DNA of 64,000 bases from an uncultured Bryobacterales bacterium. Lineage in GTDB: Bacteria; Acidobacteriota; Terriglobia; Bryobacterales; UBA6623. The DNA lies in the NCBI GenBank assembly GCA_958295955.1, contig OY282420.1, forward strand, positions 45,714 to 109,713, written 5' to 3'. This document shows positions 36,162 through 45,599 of this stretch, piece after piece. The notes beneath the pieces are model-generated. The model was not told where the DNA came from, searched no databases, and was given only the letters and a program-made list of their open reading frames with translations. A program made the position numbers and the translations under genes. Each line of letters starts with the position of its first letter. Position 1 is the first letter of the stretch.

Positions 36162-37199
36162 CTATCGCTGCACCCGGCCCGAGCCGCCGCCTTTCATCAG
36201 CGAAAGAACTTCGTCCGTCGAGAAACGGTTGAAGTCCCCCGGCACCGAATGCTTCAGGCAGGATGCCGCGACGGCGAACTCCAGCGCCTGAGCGCGGTCG
36301 TCCGGGAAATGGCGCAACCCGCCGATGAGCCCGCCCGAAAACGAGTCGCCGCCGCCCACGCGGTCGACGATGTGCGTGATCGCATATTTTTTACTGAGGT
36401 AGAAGTTGTCCCGGTCGTTCAAGCAGGCCGACCAGCCGTTGTGCGAAGCCGAAACGGACTCGCGCAGCGTGATGGCCTGCATTTTCAAGTTCGGAAACGT
36501 CTCCAGCACCTTCTCCGAAAGCAGCCGGTAACGCTCCACGTCGAGTTCGCCCAACTCCACGTCGACGCCGCCGACCGAGATGCCCAGGCTCTTCTGGCAG
36601 TCCTCTTCGTTGGCGATGCCCACATCGACGAACTGCGCCAACTCGCGCATCACTTCAGGGGCCGACTTGCCGTATTTCCAAAGCTTCTTGCGGAAGTTAT
36701 AGTCGCAAGATACGGTGAGTCCTTTTTCCTGCGCCGTCTTCGCCGCCTCGATAGACAACTCCGCGCAGTCCGGGCTCAGAGCCGGAGTAATCCCCGTGAC
36801 GTGAAACCAGGATGCGCCGTCGAAGATTTTGTCCCAATCGAAATCGCCCGGCCGCGCCAGGGAGATCGAGCTGCCCGCGCGGTCGTAGAGCACTTTCGAG
36901 GGGCGCTGGTTCGCTCCGGTCTCCAGGAAATAGATGCCCACGCGGCCGGGCTTGCGCACGATATCGCCGCAGTCGATGCCGAATCCGCGAAGCTGCGCGA
37001 TACAGCAGTCCGCAAGGAAATTGTCTTCCGGCAAAGCCGTTACGAAGGAACTGGGAATACCGTAGTTCGCGGTCGAAACGGCGACATTGGCCTCGCCGCC
37101 GCCGAACGTCGCGGCAAAGTACGGCGATTGAAACGGGCGCTCCAAGTTCGGAGGGGCGAGACGCAGCATGATCTCGCCGAAAGTAACTACTTTGGCCAT
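36162..37199 (-). CDS. kdgK: PfkB-family sugar kinase, 2-dehydro-3-deoxygluconokinase-like
   Basis: [29 protein letters not shown]-terminus and C-terminal [15 protein letters not shown] (PfkB signature). Confidence 0.65.
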   Translation of the reverse strand: MAKVVTFGEIMLRLAPPNLERPFQSPYFAATFGGGEANVAVSTANYGIPSSFVTALPEDNFLADCCIAQLRGFGIDCGDIVRKPGRVGIYFLETGANQRPSKVLYDRAGSSISLARPGDFDWDKIFDGASWFHVTGITPALSPDCAELSIEAAKTAQEKGLTVSCDYNFRKKLWKYGKSAPEVMRELAQFVDVGIANEEDCQKSLGISVGGVDVELGELDVERYRLLSEKVLETFPNLKMQAITLRESVSASHNGWSACLNDRDNFYLSKKYAITHIVDRVGGGDSFSGGLIGGLRHFPDDRAQALEFAVAASCLKHSVPGDFNRFSTDEVLSLMKGGGSGRVQR

Positions 37200-37260
37200 A
37201 GTCGAATCCTCTTTGAGAATTGCCGGCCGGTCGAGGGCCGGACGGGAGTTCTTCAGGATA

Positions 37261-37761
37261 TCAATCGGCGATCTTGACGATCAGAAAGGTCAACGTTTTG
37301 CCCGGGGCCACGGTTACCTGATGCGCTGTCTTCGCCGGGATGTCGATCAGGCTCCCCGGCGTCATGCGGTGCGCGACGCCGCCTTGCAGCTGCGACCCGC
37401 GCCACTCGCCCGGACGCCCCTCCAACTCTTTCCGGTCCGCGGGCATCTTGCCGCCCACGAGCGCTTCTCCTTCGCCGGCAAGAGTGACGTACAGGTCGGT
37501 CTTCGCGTCATGCCGCTCTGCCGGCCCGTTGCCGTTGCGATGCACCATCAGCATGTAATGGTTCTTGTCGGCCTTTTCCAGCATGAGTTGGCGCGAGACG
37601 CTCGTCGTTCCGGCAGGCGCCTGCGCCAACGATCTTTCGAGCTCGGCGCGGATATGGGCAAGATCCCCCAGCGACCACGACAACTCCTTCATGTCCGCCC
37701 GCACCGGCGCCGGCAGCAACAAAGCCGCGACGGCCGAACAGGCAGCGAATTGCAGTTTCAT
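37261..37761 (-). CDS. small secreted protein, possibly cupin-fold
   Basis: ATG 37761 after GAAGGAAG. Signal [22 protein letters not shown]. Beta-rich C-terminus ([26 protein letters not shown]). No firm family. Confidence 0.5.
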   Translation of the reverse strand: MKLQFAACSAVAALLLPAPVRADMKELSWSLGDLAHIRAELERSLAQAPAGTTSVSRQLMLEKADKNHYMLMVHRNGNGPAERHDAKTDLYVTLAGEGEALVGGKMPADRKELEGRPGEWRGSQLQGGVAHRMTPGSLIDIPAKTAHQVTVAPGKTLTFLIVKIAD

Positions 37762-37880
37762 GCTTCCTTCAGTCCCCATCGTCATCGCGGATCTCGATGC
37801 GAATGCGCCGCACGAGAATCGCGTTCGCCGGCGCCAACAGCAGAATGGCGATGTACGCGGCGGCAGTCAAAAAATCCATT

Positions 37881-39410
37881 TTATCGGCACTCCCGGCAAT
37901 GCTCTTGACGCAGGGCGGGCTTGCTGACCTTGCCCATCGCGTTGCGCGGGAACTCCTGCACAAAGACCATCCGTTTGGGAATCTTATACGATGCAAGCCG
38001 GCGGCGGCAATAGGCAAGCAGCTCTTCTTCGCGCGGCGGCTCATCCGTGGCGGTCAGCACGGCGGTTACCGCTTCGCCCCACTCGGCATCGGGGCAGCCG
38101 ATGACCGCGCTCTGGGCAATGGCCGGGTGGCTGTCGAGGACGCGTTCGACTTCAAGCGGATACACGTTCATGCCGCCGCTGATTACGAGGTCGGCGGAGC
38201 GGCCTCGAAGCTGGAAGTAACCGTCTGCGCCGCGCAGCCCGAGATCGCCGGTTTTGAACCAACCATCCTCTGAAAACGCCGCGGCCGTTTTCTGCGCATC
38301 GTTCCAGTAACCCTTGAAGACATGCGGCCCGCGGGTTTGAATTTCACCGACTTCTCCGTCGGCTAACGGAGCGTTGTTCGCCGGACCGACGACCCGCAAC
38401 TCCACGCCGGGCAACGGCAAGCCGACCCAACCGGGGCGTCTCTGCCCGCGCAAAGGATTGCTCAGCATGATGCCGGTCTCCGTCATGCCGTAGCGCTCGA
38501 CCGGCTCGTACCCGAAACAATCGCTGAATTGACGGAAAAGCTCTTCGGACATGCGCGCCGACCCCGATGTAACCAGCCGGAGGCGGCTCAAATCTACTGC
38601 GTTGGACCGCGGCGCCGCGGCGGCCAGCCGTGAATGGATCGTCGGCACCCCCATGAACACAGTACAGCCGCTGCGCCGGAGCGCATCGAGCGTCCCCGCG
38701 GGATCGAACCGCTGGAGCATGATCGTCGAAGCGCCGGCGTGGATCGCGCTCTGCAGCGCCACCAGCAAGCCGTGAACGTGAAAAACGGGCAGCACGTGCA
38801 GCAGAATGTCGTCCTCTCGCCACTCCCAGGCTGCCTCGAGCATGTTGAGCATGGCGGTCAGGTTCGCGTGCGAAAGCTCCGCGGCCTTCGGACGCCCGGT
38901 CGTGCCGCTGGTGTAAAGCATCAGCGCGGTTTCGTCGGGCGCAATGCTGCAGGCGGGCGCGCCGCCGGCGCCGGCGGCGAAAGCGTCGAGCGAAGAGGAA
39001 TCGACGGCGACAATCCGCTGCAGCGTTTTGGCTTGTTGCAAAACTCTGCCCATGCCGCGCGCTTGCGTATCGTCGGCAATCAGCAGCTTCGCGGAGGAAT
39101 CGCGCAAGAAATAGACCAATTCCGGCTCGGAACAGCCCGGATTGAGCGGCATGGAGACCGCTCCCAGCCGGCAGGCCGCGAGGTGAATGCAGACTCCCGC
39201 CGGACCCTTCGGCAGACACGCCGCAACGCGGTCGCCGCGGCGCGCCCCAAGGCCGTGCAGCCAAGCCGCGGTCCGCTCGACAGCTGCGAGCAAGTCTCCG
39301 TAACTGACGGCTTTCGCCGAGCGGTCATCGTGAAGGCCGCTGCGGAATTCGACAGCCGTTTTCTCTGCCGACGAGCGGCAGTTCTCGAAAAGCCTATCCA
39401 GGAACAACAT
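37881..39410 (-). CDS. AMP-dependent acyl-CoA synthetase/ligase (ANL superfamily)
   Basis: LYTSGTTGRPKAAELSH (AMP-binding P-loop), YGMTETG, GWFKTGDLG, ISGGMNVYPLEVE, KVSK terminal lysine. Confidence 0.85.
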   Translation of the reverse strand: MLFLDRLFENCRSSAEKTAVEFRSGLHDDRSAKAVSYGDLLAAVERTAAWLHGLGARRGDRVAACLPKGPAGVCIHLAACRLGAVSMPLNPGCSEPELVYFLRDSSAKLLIADDTQARGMGRVLQQAKTLQRIVAVDSSSLDAFAAGAGGAPACSIAPDETALMLYTSGTTGRPKAAELSHANLTAMLNMLEAAWEWREDDILLHVLPVFHVHGLLVALQSAIHAGASTIMLQRFDPAGTLDALRRSGCTVFMGVPTIHSRLAAAAPRSNAVDLSRLRLVTSGSARMSEELFRQFSDCFGYEPVERYGMTETGIMLSNPLRGQRRPGWVGLPLPGVELRVVGPANNAPLADGEVGEIQTRGPHVFKGYWNDAQKTAAAFSEDGWFKTGDLGLRGADGYFQLRGRSADLVISGGMNVYPLEVERVLDSHPAIAQSAVIGCPDAEWGEAVTAVLTATDEPPREEELLAYCRRRLASYKIPKRMVFVQEFPRNAMGKVSKPALRQEHCRECR

Positions 39411-39484
39411 CTATCGAGCGCCGCGGAATCGGTACACTGGAAGTTCGCTCGCCACGCTCCGGCAATTCCGCTGTTCTCTCCATC

Positions 39485-40273
39485 GTGCTCGCGTTCGGCT
39501 CCACACATGACATTCTATACGCGCTGACTTCCCTGACCGCAAAAGAATTCAAGGTTCGCTACCGCAACATGTCTCTCGGCATTTTATGGTCGCTGGCGAA
39601 CCCCATCATCATGATGTCCGTGCTGACGTTCGTGTTCACGTTCGTCATCCGCAACGACAAGCAGTATTTCCCGTTGTTTCTGCTCATGGGGATTCTCCCC
39701 TACAACTTCTTCTGCTTGGCCTGGACGACGGGAACGACCTCTATCGCCGATAATGCGGTCCTGGTCAAGAAAATACCGTTCCCCCGCGAGCTCATCCCTT
39801 TCGCCGGCGTCCTGGCGAACGCTCTGCACTATCTGATCCAGTTGGGTTTGCTGCTGCTGGCGGCGGGGATCGTGATCGGCCCTTCGCCGCTATGGATTTG
39901 GCTGCCCGTAATCTTCGTGCTGCAAATCCTGTTCGTCTCCGGACTGTCGCTTTGCTCCGCCGCCCTCAACGTGTACTTCCGCGACACGCGTTACGTCGTC
40001 GAGTCGGCAGCGCTGGTGCTTTTCTGGCTCGTCCCTATCTTTTACAGCTTTGCGGAGATCGAGCAAATGGCCGAAGGCTACTCGTTCCTGAGAACCGTTC
40101 TCAGTTACAACCCGCTGGCCGCGACAATACTCTGCATTCGAAAGATTTTGCTGTACGGAGAGCTTTTCGAGTGGGACACGCTGGTCAAGCTCGCCACTGC
40201 GTCTCTGGCCAGCGTGACGATCGGCTTGACATACTTCCGGCGCGTTCAAAGAGACTTCGCCGACTATCTTTAA
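39485..40273 (+). CDS. ABC-2 type polysaccharide/teichoic-acid exporter permease (Wzm/TagG-like)
   Basis: LTAKEFKVRYRNMSLGILWSLANPIIMM and six hydrophobic spans. GTG start 39485. Visibly lower GC than neighbours (hand count about 51% in one 100-bp sample versus about 59% in a sample 500 bp upstream). Confidence 0.8.
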   Translation: MLAFGSTHDILYALTSLTAKEFKVRYRNMSLGILWSLANPIIMMSVLTFVFTFVIRNDKQYFPLFLLMGILPYNFFCLAWTTGTTSIADNAVLVKKIPFPRELIPFAGVLANALHYLIQLGLLLLAAGIVIGPSPLWIWLPVIFVLQILFVSGLSLCSAALNVYFRDTRYVVESAALVLFWLVPIFYSFAEIEQMAEGYSFLRTVLSYNPLAATILCIRKILLYGELFEWDTLVKLATASLASVTIGLTYFRRVQRDFADYL

Positions 40274-40281
40274 CAATCTTC

Positions 40282-41061
40282 ATGGCGGCCATTCGACTCG
40301 AAAATCTCAGCAAGCGCTATCTCATACACCATAAACGGCAACTTGTCGCGCAGCGGGTATGGAAGCGCAGGCAAAACGTCACAGAGCCGTTCTGGGCTTT
40401 GCGCGATGTCTCCTTCGCCGTGAAAGGCGGCGAAACCGTTGGCATCGTCGGACACAACGGGGCGGGGAAGAGCACGCTGCTCGAGATCGTCGCCGGCACC
40501 TCCTCGCCGACTACGGGCCGCGTCGAGCGCAGCGGAAAGATCGCCGCCATGCTGGAAGTCGGGACAGGCTTTCATGCGGATCTGACCGGCGCCGAAAATA
40601 TCCATCTCAACGCCGCGCTGTTGGGCATGTCCAAAACGGAGTTGCAGCGCAAGTTCGACTCCATAGTGGAATTCAGCGGAATAGCGGATTTCATCGACGA
40701 ACCGGCGCGCACGTATTCAACCGGCATGTTGAGCCGCCTCGGTTTTGCCGTTGCCGTTCACTTCGAGCCGGAAATTCTCATCCTAGACGAAGTGTTGTCG
40801 GTTGGAGATCGGGCGTTTCTGCGGCAGTGCGCCAAAGAGATCGACCGTCTGGTCAACGCAGGAAGCCTTGCGTTGGTGGCGTCGCACAATCTGGACGTGG
40901 TCGCGGCGCTGTGCAGTCGGGTCATTTGGCTTGACCACGGGCGCGTGAAAAGCGACGGTCCCGCGGGCGAAATCTTGCTCGGATATGCGGATGGGGGAGA
41001 TCTACGGAATCAGCGGGTTCTCCAGCCAATAAAAGAAACCGTCTTCGGCGCCGATGAGTAG
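40282..41061 (+). CDS. ABC exporter ATP-binding protein (Wzt/TagH-like)
   Basis: ATG 40282, 8 nt after the permease stop. Walker A GHNGAGKSTLL, signature YSTGMLSRLGFA, Walker B ILILDEV. The track ORF is over-extended upstream. Confidence 0.85.
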   Translation: MAAIRLENLSKRYLIHHKRQLVAQRVWKRRQNVTEPFWALRDVSFAVKGGETVGIVGHNGAGKSTLLEIVAGTSSPTTGRVERSGKIAAMLEVGTGFHADLTGAENIHLNAALLGMSKTELQRKFDSIVEFSGIADFIDEPARTYSTGMLSRLGFAVAVHFEPEILILDEVLSVGDRAFLRQCAKEIDRLVNAGSLALVASHNLDVVAALCSRVIWLDHGRVKSDGPAGEILLGYADGGDLRNQRVLQPIKETVFGADE

Positions 41062-43008
41062 GTCGCGCGCGCCGTTGCCGTCCCAATCGACCGTAGTCGG
41101 GCTCGTCGTATGCCCCGCCAGCCTCCGGGATGTCAGCGCGCCTTTTTGTTGAAAAAGAAACCGTCCGTTTTCGCCGCCGGCGTTGCGCAGCCAGTCCACG
41201 GCGGCGCTGTTGACCAGAATGTCGACCGCGCCGTCGCCGTCCCAGTCGGTCAAGTCGATTTTGCGCCGGCCGCTTTTCCCGGCGCGGTCCGCGTTGAGCC
41301 GCAGGGGGCCGCGCGTCCTGTCAACGATCTCGTGGCGGCGGTCGAAACCCGACTCCGCAGCGCCGAAGAATATCCGCTGCGCGGGCAGCAAGGTCAACTT
41401 TCCGTTCCTGCGCGCGCGGCGGAACCACGCCAGGTATCCCTCGTGATCGAGCATCACGATATCCTGCAGCCCGTCGCGGTTCCAGTCCGTGACAACGGGG
41501 CGCGTGCGCCACTGGCTGACAAGTTCGTTGTCTGCCGGAAGCCACCAGTTCCACTCCGGCCGGCGGGGCTCGCCGCCCCAGTCCACAGCTACGGGGCGGG
41601 CCGGCTCCAGCACGGGTTTGGAGCGCGAGCCCACGTTGCGGTGCCAGACGATGCGCCCCCAGATCGAGTTGGCTACGATGTCGGGCAGCGAATCCCCATC
41701 CCAATCGGCAACGCTGATCGTGGTGTAGCCCCACTTCGCTTCGCCGGGGCCTTGAATCGAGCCGTTGTCTCCCGCTTGAATGCGAATCGTTTTTCCGCCG
41801 GCTGCGAGGCGAACCGGCGCGGCGAACTTCGGCGGGCTGCCGCCGTCGAGGTTTTCGATAAAGCCGATGTAGCCGGCGCTGTTTCCGGCGACGATGTCCT
41901 CGTCGCCGTCGCCGTCCCAATCGAAGCCTACCGGGGTCGCCAGCGCCCCGAACTTGACGAACTCCGCCCGCTGTCGAAAGTATTGCGGCTGAGCGAATGC
42001 AGGCATGCCTGCCGCGCTGCGGCCCAGATTCTCAACGAACGCCACGCGGCCGTCTTCGTCGCCGGCAACGAGGTCCATGTCCCCGTCGCGGTCCCAATCG
42101 ACCGCCGTGGGGGTAATCATCTGCAAGTCCATGGCGACCGGACGGCCGGCGGACAGGAGCCGGCGCCCCGCGGCGTAGCGCGGCGCCCGCCGCGTTCCCA
42201 CATTCTCGAAATAGGTAAATCCATCGAGAAATTCGCCGCAGATCAGATCGAGATCGCCGTCGCCGTCAAAATCGGCGAAGCTGGGGCTGGGCATTCCGTA
42301 CACGTCCACGGGCCGGCCGCCGGCTGAGACCTTCACCGCCTGGGAATAATTGCCGCCGCCGTCGTTCAGGGCGAGATAAACGTAGCCGTGCAGCGGGCCG
42401 TTGGTCCAATTTCCCGCGGAGTCGTAGGCGTCGTCCCAACCGTATTCCGTCCAATCGCCGACTCCGACCACGAGGTCGAGATCGCCGTCGGCCTCCCAAT
42501 CGATCCGTTTCCACTGGTTGGCGCGAACGCGGCCGCGCGCCGCATGCACGTCCTCGACACGCAACGGAAGCGCGGCCGGCCGGCTGAATGCGCGTTCGAG
42601 AAATTGCGGGTGCTCTTGCCCCGGCGTCATCACGACCGGCTCGCGGCCGTCGATGTGCGAAATCTGCGCGTTCGTGCGGTACTCGCCGATGCGTACGCCG
42701 GGACGAAAGACCGGCATGGCCGTTCGCGAGCGCGGCGAGGAATCGTTCTTGAAGAAGTAGGTTCCTTCGTAGGGAACGCCCCCGCTTGAGACCACGAGGT
42801 CCAGGTCGCCGTCTCCGTCGTAATCCATCGGCAAGGGCCACGCCCAGAGGCCGACTCCGAGATCGACCGTCACCCCCGGATTGTTGTAGCGGATGCGAAT
42901 AGGATCGTCCGCGCCGAGCGCAGCGGTCGATACGAGTCCCAGAGGGATGAGCAGCCTGACGCCGAGCGGCACACAGTCACTGTGCCACGCGCGCGGCTCC
43001 GCGGGCAA
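41002..43008 (-). CDS. secreted FG-GAP/VCBS-repeat (beta-propeller) protein
   Basis: Repeated DYDGDGDLDLVVS, DFDGDGDLDLICGE, DWDRDGDMDLVAGDEDGRV, DWDGDGDEDIVAGN, DWNRDGLQDIV, DWDGDGAVDIL, DWDGNGARDLLIG units. TTG start 6 nt after the upstream stop. Confidence 0.8.
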   Translation of the reverse strand: MPAEPRAWHSDCVPLGVRLLIPLGLVSTAALGADDPIRIRYNNPGVTVDLGVGLWAWPLPMDYDGDGDLDLVVSSGGVPYEGTYFFKNDSSPRSRTAMPVFRPGVRIGEYRTNAQISHIDGREPVVMTPGQEHPQFLERAFSRPAALPLRVEDVHAARGRVRANQWKRIDWEADGDLDLVVGVGDWTEYGWDDAYDSAGNWTNGPLHGYVYLALNDGGGNYSQAVKVSAGGRPVDVYGMPSPSFADFDGDGDLDLICGEFLDGFTYFENVGTRRAPRYAAGRRLLSAGRPVAMDLQMITPTAVDWDRDGDMDLVAGDEDGRVAFVENLGRSAAGMPAFAQPQYFRQRAEFVKFGALATPVGFDWDGDGDEDIVAGNSAGYIGFIENLDGGSPPKFAAPVRLAAGGKTIRIQAGDNGSIQGPGEAKWGYTTISVADWDGDSLPDIVANSIWGRIVWHRNVGSRSKPVLEPARPVAVDWGGEPRRPEWNWWLPADNELVSQWRTRPVVTDWNRDGLQDIVMLDHEGYLAWFRRARRNGKLTLLPAQRIFFGAAESGFDRRHEIVDRTRGPLRLNADRAGKSGRRKIDLTDWDGDGAVDILVNSAAVDWLRNAGGENGRFLFQQKGALTSRRLAGHTTSPTTVDWDGNGARDLLIGAEDGFFYWLENPLIP

Positions 43009-43014
43009 GGGCGC

Positions 43015-44094
43015 TTACCGGAGCGGGGTCACTTCCGCGCCCGTGCCCCGCGTGTCGTAGCCGCCGAGTGCGGAAAGCTCGCGCCGAAAAGCCGCCCGGT
43101 TCAATACGCCGAGGAGCGCCTGCACGGCCGGCAACTCGAACAGGTCGCCGGGAACCGTCAGGTCGTAACGCTCGGCTGCGAGCGGGACAAAGCTCAAGCC
43201 GAAGACGTCCGCCGCGACTTGCGGCGCGATGCAGCAGTCCGCCTTCCCCTGCTTGACCGTCCACGCGGCCGCCAGATGCCCCGGCGCGGTATCGCCGTAT
43301 CCGGCGACAGCGGAAGGCTGGACGCCCGCCCGCTCCAGGACGGCATCCAGCAGGACGCGGCTCCCCGACCCGCGTTCGCGGTTGACGATGCGCACGCCGC
43401 CGCGCGCAAGGTCGGCCGCCGCGCGCAGACCTTGGGGGTTCCCGCTTGCCGTCACCAGTCCCTCTTCCCATTCGGCGAAGGCAAAAGTCCGGCAACCGTG
43501 CGGAACGCGCGCCCGGCTCCTGTCGAGATGGGCGCCCGCCAGGTGAACGAGTCCGTCCCGGAGCATGCGCAAGGCCCTTTCGCTCGCGCTTGGGACGGCG
43601 AGCAATTCGATTCCGTCGGCATTCTTGACTTGCGCGGCCAGCAGCGAGACCGCCGGGTCGCATCCGGCGAGCGCCAGACGGTTATCGCCGAGGCGAGCGC
43701 CGTCTCGCCAATGAACGTCGATCCATCCCGCTCGGGACTGAGAAATCGCTGTCGCATCGAACAGGGGCAGCGCAAAGGCTTCCGGCGACCACGGCACGGC
43801 GACCAAGCGGCGCCCGACCCGGGCCAAGTGCAGCGGCGCCCCGACATACGTTCGACCCGCAGCCAACTCGGCCCGCCCGCCGGCGGCGGGCTCGGCTGCG
43901 GCCAATTGGAAAAGATCTTCGACGCTCACTGCGAGCAGTTCTGCAAGTTTCAGCGCTAAAGCAGTATTGGGAGCATGGTTGCCGCTCTCGATCGCATGGA
44001 TGGTTTGCCGGCTGACGCCGGCGCGCGCGGCCAATTGAGCCGCCGAAAGCCGCGAGCGAGTTCTGATCTCGCGAAGGCAATTCGTCACTTTCAT
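43015..44094 (-). CDS. XRE-type HTH regulator fused to a periplasmic-binding-protein-like (oxyanion-binding-like) domain
   Basis: N-terminal LREIRTRSRLSAAQLAARAGVSRQTIHAIESGNHAPNTALALKLAELL (Cro/C1 HTH). C-terminal about 270 aa resembles the PBP-like domain found fused to MoeA or HTH domains. Divergent from modA. Confidence 0.65.
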   Translation of the reverse strand: MKVTNCLREIRTRSRLSAAQLAARAGVSRQTIHAIESGNHAPNTALALKLAELLAVSVEDLFQLAAAEPAAGGRAELAAGRTYVGAPLHLARVGRRLVAVPWSPEAFALPLFDATAISQSRAGWIDVHWRDGARLGDNRLALAGCDPAVSLLAAQVKNADGIELLAVPSASERALRMLRDGLVHLAGAHLDRSRARVPHGCRTFAFAEWEEGLVTASGNPQGLRAAADLARGGVRIVNRERGSGSRVLLDAVLERAGVQPSAVAGYGDTAPGHLAAAWTVKQGKADCCIAPQVAADVFGLSFVPLAAERYDLTVPGDLFELPAVQALLGVLNRAAFRRELSALGGYDTRGTGAEVTPLR

Positions 44095-44100
44095 ACGACA

Positions 44101-44130
44101 TTGACAAGAATAGCAGACACAAGATATCCT
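44101..44130 (+). promoter_or_regulatory. candidate sigma70-type promoter for modABC (TTGACA-N18-TATCCT)
   Basis: Perfect TTGACA at 44101-44106. TATCCT at 44125-44130, 33 nt upstream of the modA ATG. Lies in the 69-bp divergent spacer. ATACGA (44093-98) and TCGTAT (44142-47) form a short flanking inverted repeat. Confidence 0.3.
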
Positions 44131-44163
44131 GGACGCTTGATTCGTATCGGCCGGCGCGCCTCT

Positions 44164-44925
44164 ATGCGGCTCCGAAAATTACAGCTTGCCGTTTTGACGG
44201 CCATTCTGATCCGGCCGCTTCCGGCCGGCGCGGAGCGCGCTCTGGCTGCGGTCGCAGCCAATTTCTCGGAAGCGGCCGAGCGTCTGGCCGCCGACTTCGG
44301 CCGCGCGGCGGAACACGAAGTCACGCTTGCCGCCGCCTCGACGGGCAAGCTGTACGCGCAGATCCGCAACGGCGCCCCCTTCGACGTTTTCCTGGCCGCC
44401 GATCGGCTGCGGCCCGAACTCCTGGAACGGGACGGCTTGGCGGTTCCGGGGTCGCGCATTACCTACGCCGTCGGCCGCTTAACCCTGTGGAGTCCGGACG
44501 CAAGCCTGATCGACGCGGACGGCCGCAAGACGCTGCAAGAAGCGAAGTTCCGCCGGCTGGCGATGGCCAACCCCGAACTGGCTCCCTATGGAGCCGCCGC
44601 CCGCCGGACGTTGCTTGCGCTGGGCCTGCACGCCGCCCTGCGGGGCCGCATCGTAACAGGCGAGAACATCGGCCAGGCGCATGCCTTGGTGGCGACCGGC
44701 AATGCCGAACTCGGGCTTGTTGCCCTGTCGCACGTGTTGAGCTCGCGCAATCGGCTCCGCGGGAGTCGCTGGGATGTCCCGGAGCGGCTGCACGATCCGA
44801 TCCGCCAGGACGCGGTTCTGCTCCATCGGGGAAGAAACAACGCCGCGGCGCGGGCGTTCCTCGACTATCTCCGGACTCCCGAAGCCCGGGAAACCATCCG
44901 GGGTTTCGGTTACGCGGCGCAATGA
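44164..44925 (+). CDS. modA: molybdate ABC transporter substrate-binding protein
   Basis: ATG 44164. Signal MRLRKLQLAVLTAILIRPLPAGA. AAASTGKLYAQIRNGAPFDVFLAAD and ANPELAPYG blocks typical of ModA. Confidence 0.85.
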   Translation: MRLRKLQLAVLTAILIRPLPAGAERALAAVAANFSEAAERLAADFGRAAEHEVTLAAASTGKLYAQIRNGAPFDVFLAADRLRPELLERDGLAVPGSRITYAVGRLTLWSPDASLIDADGRKTLQEAKFRRLAMANPELAPYGAAARRTLLALGLHAALRGRIVTGENIGQAHALVATGNAELGLVALSHVLSSRNRLRGSRWDVPERLHDPIRQDAVLLHRGRNNAAARAFLDYLRTPEARETIRGFGYAAQ

Positions 44926-45599
44926 TCTTGCACGAGCCGGGCCCGTTGCTGCTGACGCTGCTTCTGGCCGCGTCCACCACGGTAATTCTGCTCGTGCTCG
45001 GAACCCCGCTGGCCTGGTGGCTGACCGTGACCCGGTCGCGGCTCAAGCCCGTTGTGGAAGCGGTCACCGCCTTGCCGCTCGTGCTGCCGCCGACCGTGCT
45101 CGGCTTCTATCTGCTCGTCGTCATGAGTCCGGCTTCGCCCGTGGGCAAGCTCTGGGTCGAGGCTACGGGCGAGGCGTTGACATTCTCCTTCAGCGGCTTG
45201 GTGGCGGCGTCTGTCGTCTATTCCTTACCCTTTATGGTTCAACCTCTTGCAAGCGCTTTCAAAACCGTCGGTCGAGCTCCAATGGAAGCGGCGGCGAGCC
45301 TGCGGGCGTCGCCGCTCAATGCGTTTTTTACGGTCGCCGTCCCTCTCTCTGCGCAAGGCTTTCTCACTGCCGTGGTGCTCACTTTCGCGCATACCGTGGG
45401 CGAGTTCGGAGTCGTCCTGATGGTCGGCGGCAACATCCCCGGCCGCACGAAGGTCGTTTCGATAGCGGTTTACGAGCACGTCGAGACCTTGCGCTATGCC
45501 GAGGCGCACGCCCTTTCGGCGGGTCTGGCGCTATTCGCCTTTTGCGTGCTGTCAATCGTGTATTCGTTCAACCGAGGATTTTCAGTACATGTCCGCTGA
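44922..45599 (+). CDS. modB: molybdate ABC transporter permease
   Basis: ATG 44922 overlaps the modA stop (ATGA). LPLVLPPTVLGFYLL, AASLRASPLNAFFTVAVP and EFGVVLMVGGNIPG are canonical ModB blocks. Confidence 0.88.
   Translation: MILHEPGPLLLTLLLAASTTVILLVLGTPLAWWLTVTRSRLKPVVEAVTALPLVLPPTVLGFYLLVVMSPASPVGKLWVEATGEALTFSFSGLVAASVVYSLPFMVQPLASAFKTVGRAPMEAAASLRASPLNAFFTVAVPLSAQGFLTAVVLTFAHTVGEFGVVLMVGGNIPGRTKVVSIAVYEHVETLRYAEAHALSAGLALFAFCVLSIVYSFNRGFSVHVR

Noticed and set aside
39485-41061. Lower-GC wzm-wzt segment as a horizontally acquired island.
   Set aside because: The drop is modest (hand counts on single 100-bp samples) and is expected from the Phe/Ile/Leu/Tyr-rich membrane permease. No flanking tRNA, integrase, direct repeats or other mobility marks.
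44095-44163. Molybdenum-cofactor riboswitch or ModE operator upstream of modA.
   Set aside because: The spacer is only 69 bp, too short for a Moco riboswitch (about 130-150 nt). It lacks the TATAT-N7-TAYAT-type ModE box. Only a 6-bp inverted repeat and a promoter-like TTGACA were seen.
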